Part shown: positions 19,661 to 28,170 of the stretch, one piece after another | Position numbering within the stretch: the stretch's first letter is position 1 | Layout: every line of letters begins with the position of its first letter | NCBI GenBank assembly: GCA_024640465.1 | Contig: JAHEEX010000001.1 | Location: 3,136-67,135, forward strand | Origin: Sphingobacteriales bacterium | GTDB taxonomy: Bacteria > Bacteroidota > Bacteroidia > Chitinophagales > Chitinophagaceae | Direction: 5' to 3' | Length of the DNA: 64,000 nt | Translations under genes and position numbers: made by a program | The notes under the pieces: model-generated | What the model was told of the DNA's origin: nothing | Database searches by the model: none | What the model saw: the letters and a program-made list of their open reading frames with translations, nothing else

Positions 19661-20473
19661 TTGCCTTCCCTTTTACTTGTATTACTTACAATTCCCTGGT
19701 GGTGGATTGGCGGTGGCTATCTCCTGGCCATGGTAATTGTTTATTTCATACAGGAACGACTGATATTTAAGCCCGAAAAATTATCAGCTGATTTTCAATT
19801 CCAATACGATGCACCTTTCCGTGAATTGTTTTTTGATGTGGAAAAAGGGGTGCGTATCAATGGCCTCCATTTTTATCGGGAAAATGCTGCCGGGCTGATC
19901 CTTTATTTTCACGGCAATACCCGAAGCATTAAAGGCTGGGCCAAATACGCAAAAGATTTTTACCGGTATAATTATGATGTGGTACTGGTAGATTACCGGG
20001 GTTTTGGAAAAAGTACCGGGAAAAGAAGCGAATCAGCCATGCTTAAAGACATGCAGTTTGTGTACGACACACTTATGGTAGAATATCCTGAAAGCCACCT
20101 GGTACTCTATGGAAGAAGTATGGGCAGCGGCTTTGCCACCAAACTTGCTTCGGATAACCATCCGCGTTATCTTATACTGGATGCACCGTATTACAGTTTT
20201 TCCAAAGCAGTTGAGCGGTTTCTGCCATTTATGCCCCTAAAATTTGTGTTGCGGTTCAAACTGCGTTCAGACTTGTGGATAACAAAAGTAACCTGCCCTG
20301 TGTATATTATCCATGGCACCAGGGACAGGTTGCTTCCAATACGGAACAGCATCCGTTTGCAGGAACTTAATCCACAGCATACCACACTCATCCGGATACA
20401 TGGTGGCGGGCATAACAACCTTCCCGACTTCCCGGAATATCATAATTTTTTAAGGAATATACTGCAGTATTAA
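19661..20473 (+). CDS. alpha/beta hydrolase (ABHD13/Bem46-like), N-terminal membrane anchor
   Basis: LYFHGN, DYRGFGKS, GRSMG nucleophile elbow, IIHGTRD, GGGHNNL. Confidence 0.9.
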   Translation: MPSLLLVLLTIPWWWIGGGYLLAMVIVYFIQERLIFKPEKLSADFQFQYDAPFRELFFDVEKGVRINGLHFYRENAAGLILYFHGNTRSIKGWAKYAKDFYRYNYDVVLVDYRGFGKSTGKRSESAMLKDMQFVYDTLMVEYPESHLVLYGRSMGSGFATKLASDNHPRYLILDAPYYSFSKAVERFLPFMPLKFVLRFKLRSDLWITKVTCPVYIIHGTRDRLLPIRNSIRLQELNPQHTTLIRIHGGGHNNLPDFPEYHNFLRNILQY

Positions 20474-20480
20474 ATAAAAT

Positions 20481-20525
20481 TGTCTGAACCATGATTTGGG
20501 GGGATTATTATGATTAAAGGGATTT
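20481..20525. repeat. TGTCTGAACCATGATT-family repeat, single copy
   Basis: Near-identical to the reverse complement of 22521-22564. Confidence 0.85.
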
Positions 20526-20544
20526 ATCGTCAATAGCCTTTCGG

Positions 20545-20623
20545 ATGCCCCGGTTCGTGTCTTCACGAACCGGAAAACGAAAATTTTTCGATGTTGGTTC
20601 GTGAAGACACGAACCATGGCACC
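20545..20623. repeat. REPIN/MITE-like element, copy 1 (two inverted GGTTCGTGTCTTCACGAACC palindromes)
   Basis: Same ~78-bp unit with a conserved central spacer at 25333 and 36899; this copy is in the opposite orientation. Confidence 0.9.
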
Positions 20624-20662
20624 TAAATAAAACCTCTTTTCAATTCGTATATACAGCGGAAA

Positions 20663-21526
20663 CTAAGAAAGTTCCCCGACCGTTCTTCCGGCAGGTACCG
20701 CAAGGATATCAAAATGATCATGCTTCATCATATCTGATTTTTTAAGCGGCAGCTTCTTAACAGACCTGAAATCAGAGGCCCTTCTTTGATCGAGGCCTAC
20801 CTGGTAAAGGGTATTTCCGCCGGCACTCATCACTTCAAACAGTTCTTCCCTTTCTGCTTTCACCAGGTAATGGTTACATTCCGATAAAAGGAAAGGGTGA
20901 AATTCATTTATAATCCCCGACAAATTTTTAATGATCTCTTTATCATAGCCTTCGGCATCCACTTTAATAAAAGAAAGCTTTGGCAGGTATCCTGCATATT
21001 CAGTTCTTAGTAAATGTTCCAGGTTACGGCCCTGGATCTCGAGGGTATATTTATGGTATGGATCAGTGACTTTTCTTTCCGACAAAAAACCACCGTTACA
21101 AAAGGAGGCATCAGAATAATTAAAACTAAAAACCCCATCATCAGCTGTAGCAGCAATGCAAATAGGAAGAATATTGGTCTTATCTGTATTCAGCGCTGCA
21201 TTTTCCTCTAAAATGCGGTATACATACCTGTTAGGCTCCAGCGCTAATATAGCACCCTTTTTCCCGGCTGCAAGCGCCATTGGTATAGTGGTATCGCCAG
21301 CATGTGCGCCTATGTCAATCGCAAAATCGCCTGGCCGAATAAATTGCCTGTAAAAGGAAACCAGCCCTTCATCCAGTTTCAATGGATGATAATACGGATG
21401 CTTCCATTGTGCAACCTGTATTGGACCATCTGAGCCTACCTGGAAGGTCTCTATAACAGAACCATACTCACGAAACTCCTTTTTTAGTTTCTTTCTTCGC
21501 AAGCCAAGTAATAGAGATTTGAACAT
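20663..21526 (-). CDS. FkbM family methyltransferase
   Basis: IDIGAHAG, ALEPN, FIKVDAEGYD motifs. Confidence 0.9.
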   Translation of the reverse strand: MFKSLLLGLRRKKLKKEFREYGSVIETFQVGSDGPIQVAQWKHPYYHPLKLDEGLVSFYRQFIRPGDFAIDIGAHAGDTTIPMALAAGKKGAILALEPNRYVYRILEENAALNTDKTNILPICIAATADDGVFSFNYSDASFCNGGFLSERKVTDPYHKYTLEIQGRNLEHLLRTEYAGYLPKLSFIKVDAEGYDKEIIKNLSGIINEFHPFLLSECNHYLVKAEREELFEVMSAGGNTLYQVGLDQRRASDFRSVKKLPLKKSDMMKHDHFDILAVPAGRTVGELS

Positions 21527-21559
21527 AGGTTAATAATATGGGCAGGTAATGGAAAGCTT

Positions 21560-21578
21560 CAAAGATACTGTATTTTTG
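21560..21578. promoter_or_regulatory. back-to-back divergent -7 boxes
   Basis: Minus-strand TATCTTTG (21567-21560) toward the FkbM gene; plus-strand TATTTTTG (21571-21578) toward the hydrolase. Confidence 0.55.
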
Positions 21579-21611
21579 AGGTAAGATTTGATTCAAAATC
21601 AGCCCTGTAAC

Positions 21612-22421
21612 ATGCAGAAAAAAAGCATCAAACGCTGGATTCAGTGGGGACTCATACTGTATGGGTTAACAGGCATTGCCATTTTTTATCTGCAGGATTA
21701 TTTTTTTTTCCAGCGGGTCCCACTAACCACGGAGTATAGATATGAATTTGGCGTCCCGTACAATGAGGTTAACCTGACATTCAATAAACTTTCCAATATC
21801 AATATCATCCAGTTCCCATCTACCGGAAGCACCGATCGGGGAGTTGTATTATATTTTCATGGTAACCGTAAAAATATAAGCTGGTATGCCCGGCACGCAC
21901 CGGCTATGACAAAAGCAGGTTTTGAAGTTTGGATGATTGATTATCCGGGCTACGGTAAAAGTACCGGAAAACTGGAAGAAGAAGTGCTCTATGCATATGC
22001 ATTGCAGATGTACAAACTGGCCCGGAAAAAATTCGCTCCAGACTCGATCATACTGTATGGAAGATCAATGGGAACGGGCATTGCGGCTCATTTGGCAAGC
22101 CACCAACCAGCAAAGCGCCTGATCCTTGAAACGCCCTATTATAGTTTTGCATCGGTGGGTGCTCATTTTTTTCCCATCTACCCTATGGAACGGATGATCA
22201 ACATCAAACTGTCTACTTACGAATACCTTCCCGATGTGCATATGCCTGTATCCATTTTTCATGGAACCAACGACTGGATCATTCCTTACAATAACTCAAA
22301 ACGGCTGCAACCTTTGTTGAAAAAAAACGATGAATTTATTACCATAAAAGGCGCGGGACATAATAACCTGAACGAATACCCGCTTTTTCAAAGAAAGCTG
22401 GATTCATTGCTGAGGTTATGA
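21612..22421 (+). CDS. alpha/beta hydrolase, paralogue of 19661-20473
   Basis: VLYFHGN, DYPGYGKS, GRSMG, IFHGTND, GAGHNNL. Confidence 0.9.
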   Translation: MQKKSIKRWIQWGLILYGLTGIAIFYLQDYFFFQRVPLTTEYRYEFGVPYNEVNLTFNKLSNINIIQFPSTGSTDRGVVLYFHGNRKNISWYARHAPAMTKAGFEVWMIDYPGYGKSTGKLEEEVLYAYALQMYKLARKKFAPDSIILYGRSMGTGIAAHLASHQPAKRLILETPYYSFASVGAHFFPIYPMERMINIKLSTYEYLPDVHMPVSIFHGTNDWIIPYNNSKRLQPLLKKNDEFITIKGAGHNNLNEYPLFQRKLDSLLRL

Positions 22422-22427
22422 GTTGTT

Positions 22428-22564
22428 TTTCTGAACCATGATTTGGGGGGATTTTTGGGATTTATATGATGAACAGCCAATACATTTAAACGCTTAGACG
22501 GCGAGAAGATGTTGGCTGTTAATCCCATTAATCATAATAATCCCCCAAAATCATGGTTCAGACA
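22428..22564. repeat. inverted pair of TCTGAACCATGATT-family repeats forming a long hairpin
   Basis: Left arm tctgaaccatgatttggggggatt, right arm aatcccccaaaatcatggttcaga; inner aacagccaa/ttggctgtt stem. Confidence 0.85.
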
Positions 22565-22570
22565 AAAGTG

Positions 22571-23497
22571 TTAAATTGTTTCTTTCAACTTCACGCTATT
22601 CCTATTAACACTCAAAGTAAAAGTACCCCCCACCTTTAACGCATAATTTTCCTTTTCATGGCTCACCGGAAAACCATAACAAACCGGATATGTATACTCC
22701 TTCACCAGGTCGTGTATTATTTCATAGGCCGTTTTCCCAAAAGGCCTGTCTGTGTCTTTACAATCTGTAAACCCGCCAACGACCAGCCCCGCCAGCTTAT
22801 CCAGTTTTCCACTTCGCTTTAACTGGTAAAACATACGGTCAATATTATAGAGTTGTTCGCCAACATCTTCCAGAAAAAGGATCTTGCCTTTTGTATTGAT
22901 GTCAGATGCAGTACCCACCAGGTGGGAGATCAGGGCCAGGTTTCCACCCGCTAATATCCCCTCCGCTTTACCGGGATGATTGAAAGGATGAACAGAAGTT
23001 TCATAGTGTGCTTTCTTTCCGGATAAAGCTTTCCGAAGCGATTGTACATATTCATTTTTGAATCCGCCGTTTTGAAATGCGCCGGCCATGGGAGCGTGCA
23101 GGGTGGCAATATGGTAACGGGTATGTATATGCGCATGTAAAACGGTTATATCACTAAAACCAATAAGCCACTTGGGATGCTTACGGAAATTTGTAAAATC
23201 GATGCGATCAACGATCCGGCCTACACCATAGCCACCCCTTGCGCATAACACCGCTTTTACTGCTGGGTCGTCAAACATTTCCTGCAGGTCGTCCAGCCTT
23301 TCGTCATCGGTTCCTGAAAAATAATTTTCCCCATGGCCGAGGGTCTTTCCTTCCTTAACTGTAAAACCCCAGTCGCTCTGCAAAACCTGTATACAGGTCT
23401 TCATTTTCTCTTTAGGCATATAACCTGCCGGGCAAACCAAACCTATGGTATCGCCCTTTTTCAGGTAAGGTGGGATGATGATCTTTTTGGCCGACAT
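22571..23497 (-). CDS. ldcA: LD-carboxypeptidase (S66, LdcA family), cytoplasmic
   Basis: RGGYG, GFSDIT (Ser), GGNL, FLEDVGE (Glu), FPVSH (His). Confidence 0.9.
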   Translation of the reverse strand: MSAKKIIIPPYLKKGDTIGLVCPAGYMPKEKMKTCIQVLQSDWGFTVKEGKTLGHGENYFSGTDDERLDDLQEMFDDPAVKAVLCARGGYGVGRIVDRIDFTNFRKHPKWLIGFSDITVLHAHIHTRYHIATLHAPMAGAFQNGGFKNEYVQSLRKALSGKKAHYETSVHPFNHPGKAEGILAGGNLALISHLVGTASDINTKGKILFLEDVGEQLYNIDRMFYQLKRSGKLDKLAGLVVGGFTDCKDTDRPFGKTAYEIIHDLVKEYTYPVCYGFPVSHEKENYALKVGGTFTLSVNRNSVKLKETI

Positions 23498-23615
23498 GGA
23501 TTATATCTCTTTAAACAGCAAGATAAGGATATGACCTCAATCATTTACAAAGGCGATACAAGTCAATATAAGCAATGACCTTACCTATTATTTTTACCCT
23601 TTATTGTATTGCCAT

Positions 23616-25259
23616 ATGACAACGAGCCATATTCAACCAATTACCCGACTGGCAGATCAGCTGGGTATTGCAGCAGACCAACTCATTACTTACGGGAAAT
23701 ATAAAGCCAAAATTCAACTTCCCGGATTTAATGAAGAAAAGATCAGGCAGAGTAAACTCATTTTAGTGACTTCCATTACGCCTACCCGTGCGGGCAATGG
23801 GAAAACCACTTCTTCCATTGGATTAGCTGACGGACTTCGCAGGCTTGGAAAAAAATCGATCCTGGCTTTGCGCGAACCTTCACTTGGACCTTGTTTTGGT
23901 ATGAAAGGCGGAGCTACAGGAGGCGGGGCGTCACAATTGGTACCAGCCGATGAAATTAACCTCCACTTTACCGGAGATTTCCATGCCATCAGTTCCGCTA
24001 ACAACATGCTGGCTGCATTGCTCGACAACTACAACTATTTCAGCCAGGGCAAACCTGAAGAACTAAAAGATATTTTCTGGCGCAGGGTATTGGATGTTAA
24101 CGACCGCTCCTTGAGATATATCATCACAGGTTTGCATGGAGGGAAGAACGGATTGCCAGCTGAAACCGGTTTCGACATAACACCTGCTTCTGAACTGATG
24201 GCCATTTTATGTTTATCCCAAAACCTGGACGACTTACGGCAACGAATAGATGATATTATGCTTGGCACTACAGCCGCCGGATTACCATTCAGGACCAGTG
24301 ATCTTCAAACAAGCGGTGCTATAACAGCTTTGCTCAAAGATGCCATGCTGCCAAACCTAGTTCAAACTCTCGAGGGTACGCCCGCCCTGGTACATGGAGG
24401 CCCCTTTGCCAATATTGCCCACGGATGTAATTCGGTGATTGCCACCAAAACAGCCATGGAACTGGGGGATTATGTGCTCACTGAGGCCGGCTTTGGCAGC
24501 GATCTCGGCGCTGAGAAATTCATGAACATCAAATGCCGGAAAGCCGGGCTCAATCCCGCACTTAGCGTATTGGTTGTTACCACACAATCGCTGAAACTGC
24601 ACGGTAATGTACCTTATGGTCAAATTAAATTGCCCAACCCGGAAGGAATTTCTACAGGTATGCGTAACCTTCAGCGCCACCTCGATATCCTTCATTCATT
24701 TGGTCAACAGGTTTTGGTTGTGCTTAACCAATATCATACAGACACACCTGATGAAATCAATATTATCCGCAACTGGTGCGAACAAAAGTATATTGCATTT
24801 GCCGTAAACAATGCGTTTGCCCTGGGCGGCGAAGGTGCGTTAGAAGCTGCTGAAAAAATTATCAGCCTTACCAGTGAAGCATCTGAGCCGGTAACATTCA
24901 CTTACCAGGATAAGGATAGCGTTGAGGAAAAAATAAAACAGGTAGCTACAAAGATTTATAAAGCAGATGGCATTATACTGGAGAAAAAGGCAAAGCAAAA
25001 ATTGAAATTTATTGAGGCAGGAGGATGGCAGCACTTGCCGATATGCATTGCTAAAACACAATATTCATTTACAGATACTCCGGAAGCAATACATACTTAT
25101 GATCATTTTACCATAACCGTTGATGACCTCATCGTTAATACCGGCGCAGGTTTTATTGTGGCTGTTTGTGGCGAGATGATGCGCATGCCAGGGCTACCGG
25201 AGAAACCTGCGGCATTGCAGATAGATATGGTGAAGGGGAAGATCACTGGACTGAGTTAG
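23616..25259 (+). CDS. fhs: formate--tetrahydrofolate ligase
   Basis: ITPTRAGNGKTT P-loop, REPSLGPCFGMKGGATGGG, INLHFTGDFHAI, HGGPFANIAHGCNS, TEAGFGSDLGAEKF, MPGLP. Confidence 0.96.
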   Translation: MTTSHIQPITRLADQLGIAADQLITYGKYKAKIQLPGFNEEKIRQSKLILVTSITPTRAGNGKTTSSIGLADGLRRLGKKSILALREPSLGPCFGMKGGATGGGASQLVPADEINLHFTGDFHAISSANNMLAALLDNYNYFSQGKPEELKDIFWRRVLDVNDRSLRYIITGLHGGKNGLPAETGFDITPASELMAILCLSQNLDDLRQRIDDIMLGTTAAGLPFRTSDLQTSGAITALLKDAMLPNLVQTLEGTPALVHGGPFANIAHGCNSVIATKTAMELGDYVLTEAGFGSDLGAEKFMNIKCRKAGLNPALSVLVVTTQSLKLHGNVPYGQIKLPNPEGISTGMRNLQRHLDILHSFGQQVLVVLNQYHTDTPDEINIIRNWCEQKYIAFAVNNAFALGGEGALEAAEKIISLTSEASEPVTFTYQDKDSVEEKIKQVATKIYKADGIILEKKAKQKLKFIEAGGWQHLPICIAKTQYSFTDTPEAIHTYDHFTITVDDLIVNTGAGFIVAVCGEMMRMPGLPEKPAALQIDMVKGKITGLS

Positions 25260-25306
25260 GGAAATCGAAAGTTGAAAATCGAAAGTCGAAAGTAAAGGCA
25301 AATACA
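25260..25306 (+). repeat. GAAAATC heptamer element after the fhs stop
   Basis: gaaagttgaaaatcgaaagtcgaaagtaaaggcaaataca is nearly identical to the reverse complement of the spacer in the 5354-5683 repeat. Confidence 0.85.
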
Positions 25307-25332
25307 GGAATCGCAGAGACGGGGAGGTTCGG

Positions 25333-25409
25333 GGCCATGGTTCGTGTCTTCATGAACCATCATCGAAAAATTTCGTTTTCCGGTTCGTGAAGACACGAAC
25401 CGGGGCACC
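25333..25409. repeat. REPIN/MITE-like element, copy 2
   Basis: ccatggttcgtgtcttcatgaacc-atcatcgaaaaatttcgttttcc-ggttcgtgaagacacgaaccggggca. Confidence 0.9.
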
Positions 25410-25451
25410 GGACTAAGCTAGCGCCCTTGTTTCTTTGCGGTTAAAGTATTT

Positions 25452-26477
25452 TTATTTTTCAACCAATTCCACATCATCCTTCCGCACGGTAAGCAAATGC
25501 ATCGCCCCGCATTTCAAGGCAAAATTATTTTTCTGATGGCCCACCGGAAAATTAAAACAAACCGGGTATTTATAAGCAGCCACTTTCTCCATCACTATAT
25601 CATAAACATTCCGGCCAAATTCTTCACCTGGATCGTCCACTTTAATTTTATTGAACCCCCCTATCACCAAACCAGCCAGTTTATCCAGTTTGCCCGCCCT
25701 CTTTAAATTCATAAACATCCTGTCCAGGGAATATAGATACTCCCCTACTTCTTCCAGGAATAATATTTTACCGCTTGTGCTGATCTCAGAATCCGTTCCC
25801 ATCAGGTTTTGAATGATAGACAGGTTTCCTCCAATTAAAACGCCCTGTCCGATTCCGGTGCGGTTATGTTCATCAGGCTCTGCCTTGTATTTCATTTTAG
25901 TACCGGTAAGCGCATCCCTGATAGAAAGGATTGTTTCCTGGACAACAGACTCAGCTGTTTCCCAATTATCGGGGAAACTGTTGCACATTTTTGAATGAAT
26001 GGATACTATGGGAAACTTACGGTTAATATGCAGGTGCAGTGCTGTAATATCACTGAAGCCAATGATCCATTTAGGCCTTTCTTTCAGCCGGGTGAAGCTG
26101 ATCTTATCAATGATGCGGGCAACACCATATCCGCCACGTGCACACATGATGGCTTTAACAGTTGGATCATCCAGCATGATCTGCAGGTCCCTGGCCCTTT
26201 CTTCATCCGTGCCGCCAAAAGTAAAATCCCGTTTGCCAACGGTATTGCCTACCCGCACTTTAAAACCCCAGCTTTCCATTTGTTTAACAGCCGGTTGAAT
26301 ATCTTCAAAACTGATGTATCCTGCAGGGCAGGTAATGGCAATGGTATCCCCTTTTTTAAGATACGCGGGCCGGATAAGTTCGGCATCTGAGTCTTCCGTA
26401 TTGCCAAATGACGTTCCGGGGAATAATGCTGATCCTGCGAGCAAAGCGGCACCGGAAATAAATTCGTTTCGTTTCAT
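25452..26477 (-). CDS. LD-carboxypeptidase (S66) paralogue with a putative Tat-type export signal
   Basis: Same S66 motifs (RGGYG, GFSDIT, FLEEVGE, FPVGH). N-terminus is MKRNEFISGAALLAGSALFPG. Confidence 0.88.
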   Translation of the reverse strand: MKRNEFISGAALLAGSALFPGTSFGNTEDSDAELIRPAYLKKGDTIAITCPAGYISFEDIQPAVKQMESWGFKVRVGNTVGKRDFTFGGTDEERARDLQIMLDDPTVKAIMCARGGYGVARIIDKISFTRLKERPKWIIGFSDITALHLHINRKFPIVSIHSKMCNSFPDNWETAESVVQETILSIRDALTGTKMKYKAEPDEHNRTGIGQGVLIGGNLSIIQNLMGTDSEISTSGKILFLEEVGEYLYSLDRMFMNLKRAGKLDKLAGLVIGGFNKIKVDDPGEEFGRNVYDIVMEKVAAYKYPVCFNFPVGHQKNNFALKCGAMHLLTVRKDDVELVEK

Positions 26478-26492
26478 GTTTGTGGCATGAAA

Positions 26493-27965
26493 TTACTGAT
26501 TCTTATTTTGATTGAATTTGAAAGTATAACTAAGTAATAGCTGCAATCCTCTTGAAGTGATTTTGCCGGTCTTTCTTTCACCCTGGAAAAAATTATCTTC
26601 GGTAGGGTCGGAAAAGCTGAATGGCTGGGGATAATCATTTCGCGAACCCATGTTCAGGCGAAGGCCTATGACCCATTCACTGGCGCCAAAATCACGTTGT
26701 GTACCAAAAGTCAGATGGTAATTATTCCATACTTTTTTGGGGATAGAAAATCCTTTTTCTTCTCTCAGCCTGTTGCTATAATAATTATCATTCCGGAAGG
26801 AAAATAAAAGATGATAATCTGGTCTTACAATCCAGTCGGCCGCAATCGAACCATTGAAAACATTTCGCCTCGATTCCCAAACAGCCAGCAAATCATCAGT
26901 TAAAAGAACATTTTCGCTGCTGGAAGGCTGGATAAAAGAAGCTTCTCCCGGATTAAGCACCGTATATTCTTTAATGGCGCTATACCAGTCCAGGGCACCA
27001 TACATCCTTACATTACCAAACAGGCGGGATGCACCAAAAGATACATTAAGGGGCATCTTATATTTTACTTTCAGTTTTTCAAACCGGCCGTTTGCCAGAA
27101 AATTTTGGCGCGCAATCGTTGGGTCCTGTCCCAAACGCACATTCACCAGGCTCAGATCTGCATTCATTTCACCGGTGCCCATTATCCCCAGGGCAGGGGT
27201 AGTTAAAGTCAGGCCCAGGTCCCATTTTCCAAAATTTCCTGTCAATCCTACTTTAGAATAAGTGACTATCTTATAGAATTTGAAGTAAATATCATAACTG
27301 GTACCTACCCAGTCTACCGTTGCCCCGGTATTCAAATCAGGAATGGCATTTGCGGAAAAATTTTCAATGTATTCCTGGGAACGGTAAGTGAAAGTCTGTG
27401 AAAAACCAAAGGATAGTTTAGGGCTTATTTTCCAGCCTAACCCCGCCACAACGGAAACTTCATCCATTTTGGTATTCAGGTGATATTGCGACAGGTAATT
27501 TTCTTGTCCCGGACTTTCAACCTCACTAATTATATCTTTTTTTGTTTCTGTGCGATCTGTAAAATTGAGGTTATCGGTATTGCTGTGATAGAGGGCATAA
27601 CCCAGGGTCCAGTCTTTTTGTTTTTTCCATGGTTTTAAAACACCGGAAGCCATGGATGGCAGGATCGACAGGTTACTGCTGGAAAGGTCAAACCCTTGCC
27701 CAAGGCCATTTTTAAACTTGATATTGTTAAAACCAACGGCATTGGTATTGAAATTAAAACTGGAACTGGAAGCCGCAGATAAAGTAGCCGGGTTCATAAT
27801 TACGGCTGACTGGTCTTCAAACCTGGCTAACCCGGCATTATATAAAATGGAGTTCCTGGATCCAAACTGCATCCAGCTGTAATGGTTATCCTGGGCTAAA
27901 ATAGCAGTCGGGTATATGAATAGAACAATGGCTACAATATTAACAAAAGATATTAAGCGCTTCAT
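26493..27965 (-). CDS. outer-membrane beta-barrel, FadL/OmpP1-like
   Basis: Signal peptide; G.RNS..YNAG...FEDQSAVIMNPATL plug-like N-terminus; alternating beta strands; terminal SYTF. Confidence 0.6.
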   Translation of the reverse strand: MKRLISFVNIVAIVLFIYPTAILAQDNHYSWMQFGSRNSILYNAGLARFEDQSAVIMNPATLSAASSSSFNFNTNAVGFNNIKFKNGLGQGFDLSSSNLSILPSMASGVLKPWKKQKDWTLGYALYHSNTDNLNFTDRTETKKDIISEVESPGQENYLSQYHLNTKMDEVSVVAGLGWKISPKLSFGFSQTFTYRSQEYIENFSANAIPDLNTGATVDWVGTSYDIYFKFYKIVTYSKVGLTGNFGKWDLGLTLTTPALGIMGTGEMNADLSLVNVRLGQDPTIARQNFLANGRFEKLKVKYKMPLNVSFGASRLFGNVRMYGALDWYSAIKEYTVLNPGEASFIQPSSSENVLLTDDLLAVWESRRNVFNGSIAADWIVRPDYHLLFSFRNDNYYSNRLREEKGFSIPKKVWNNYHLTFGTQRDFGASEWVIGLRLNMGSRNDYPQPFSFSDPTEDNFFQGERKTGKITSRGLQLLLSYTFKFNQNKNQ

Positions 27966-28092
27966 TTTGCCAGTTTTGGTAGACCTAAAGGTACATCATC
28001 AGGAAATCTGAAGCCTAAAACATTGTTTTATTATATAAATCAGGAACAATCCTGGAATGTATAACGATCTCTTTTTTATGGAATCCCACTGA

Positions 28093-28124
28093 TTTGGGGA
28101 TTGCTGCTTATTACGGTATTTTTG
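28093..28124 (+). promoter_or_regulatory. Bacteroidota -33/-7 promoter for metG
   Basis: TTTG (28093-28096), 20-nt spacer, TATTTTTG (28117-28124). Confidence 0.65.
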
Positions 28125-28170
28125 CCCATTCATTTGGATACCGGCACAGCCGGGTAAGACAGGAAAAATT

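Noticed and set aside
20545-20623. tRNA gene suggested by GGTTCG motifs
   Set aside because: GGTTCG is part of the REP palindrome; there is no cloverleaf, D-arm or CCA end. The same applies at 25333 and 36899.
23498-23615. ZTP or THF riboswitch upstream of fhs (also looked for before glyA and purQ)
   Set aside because: Leaders are short and AT-rich with none of the conserved riboswitch stems.
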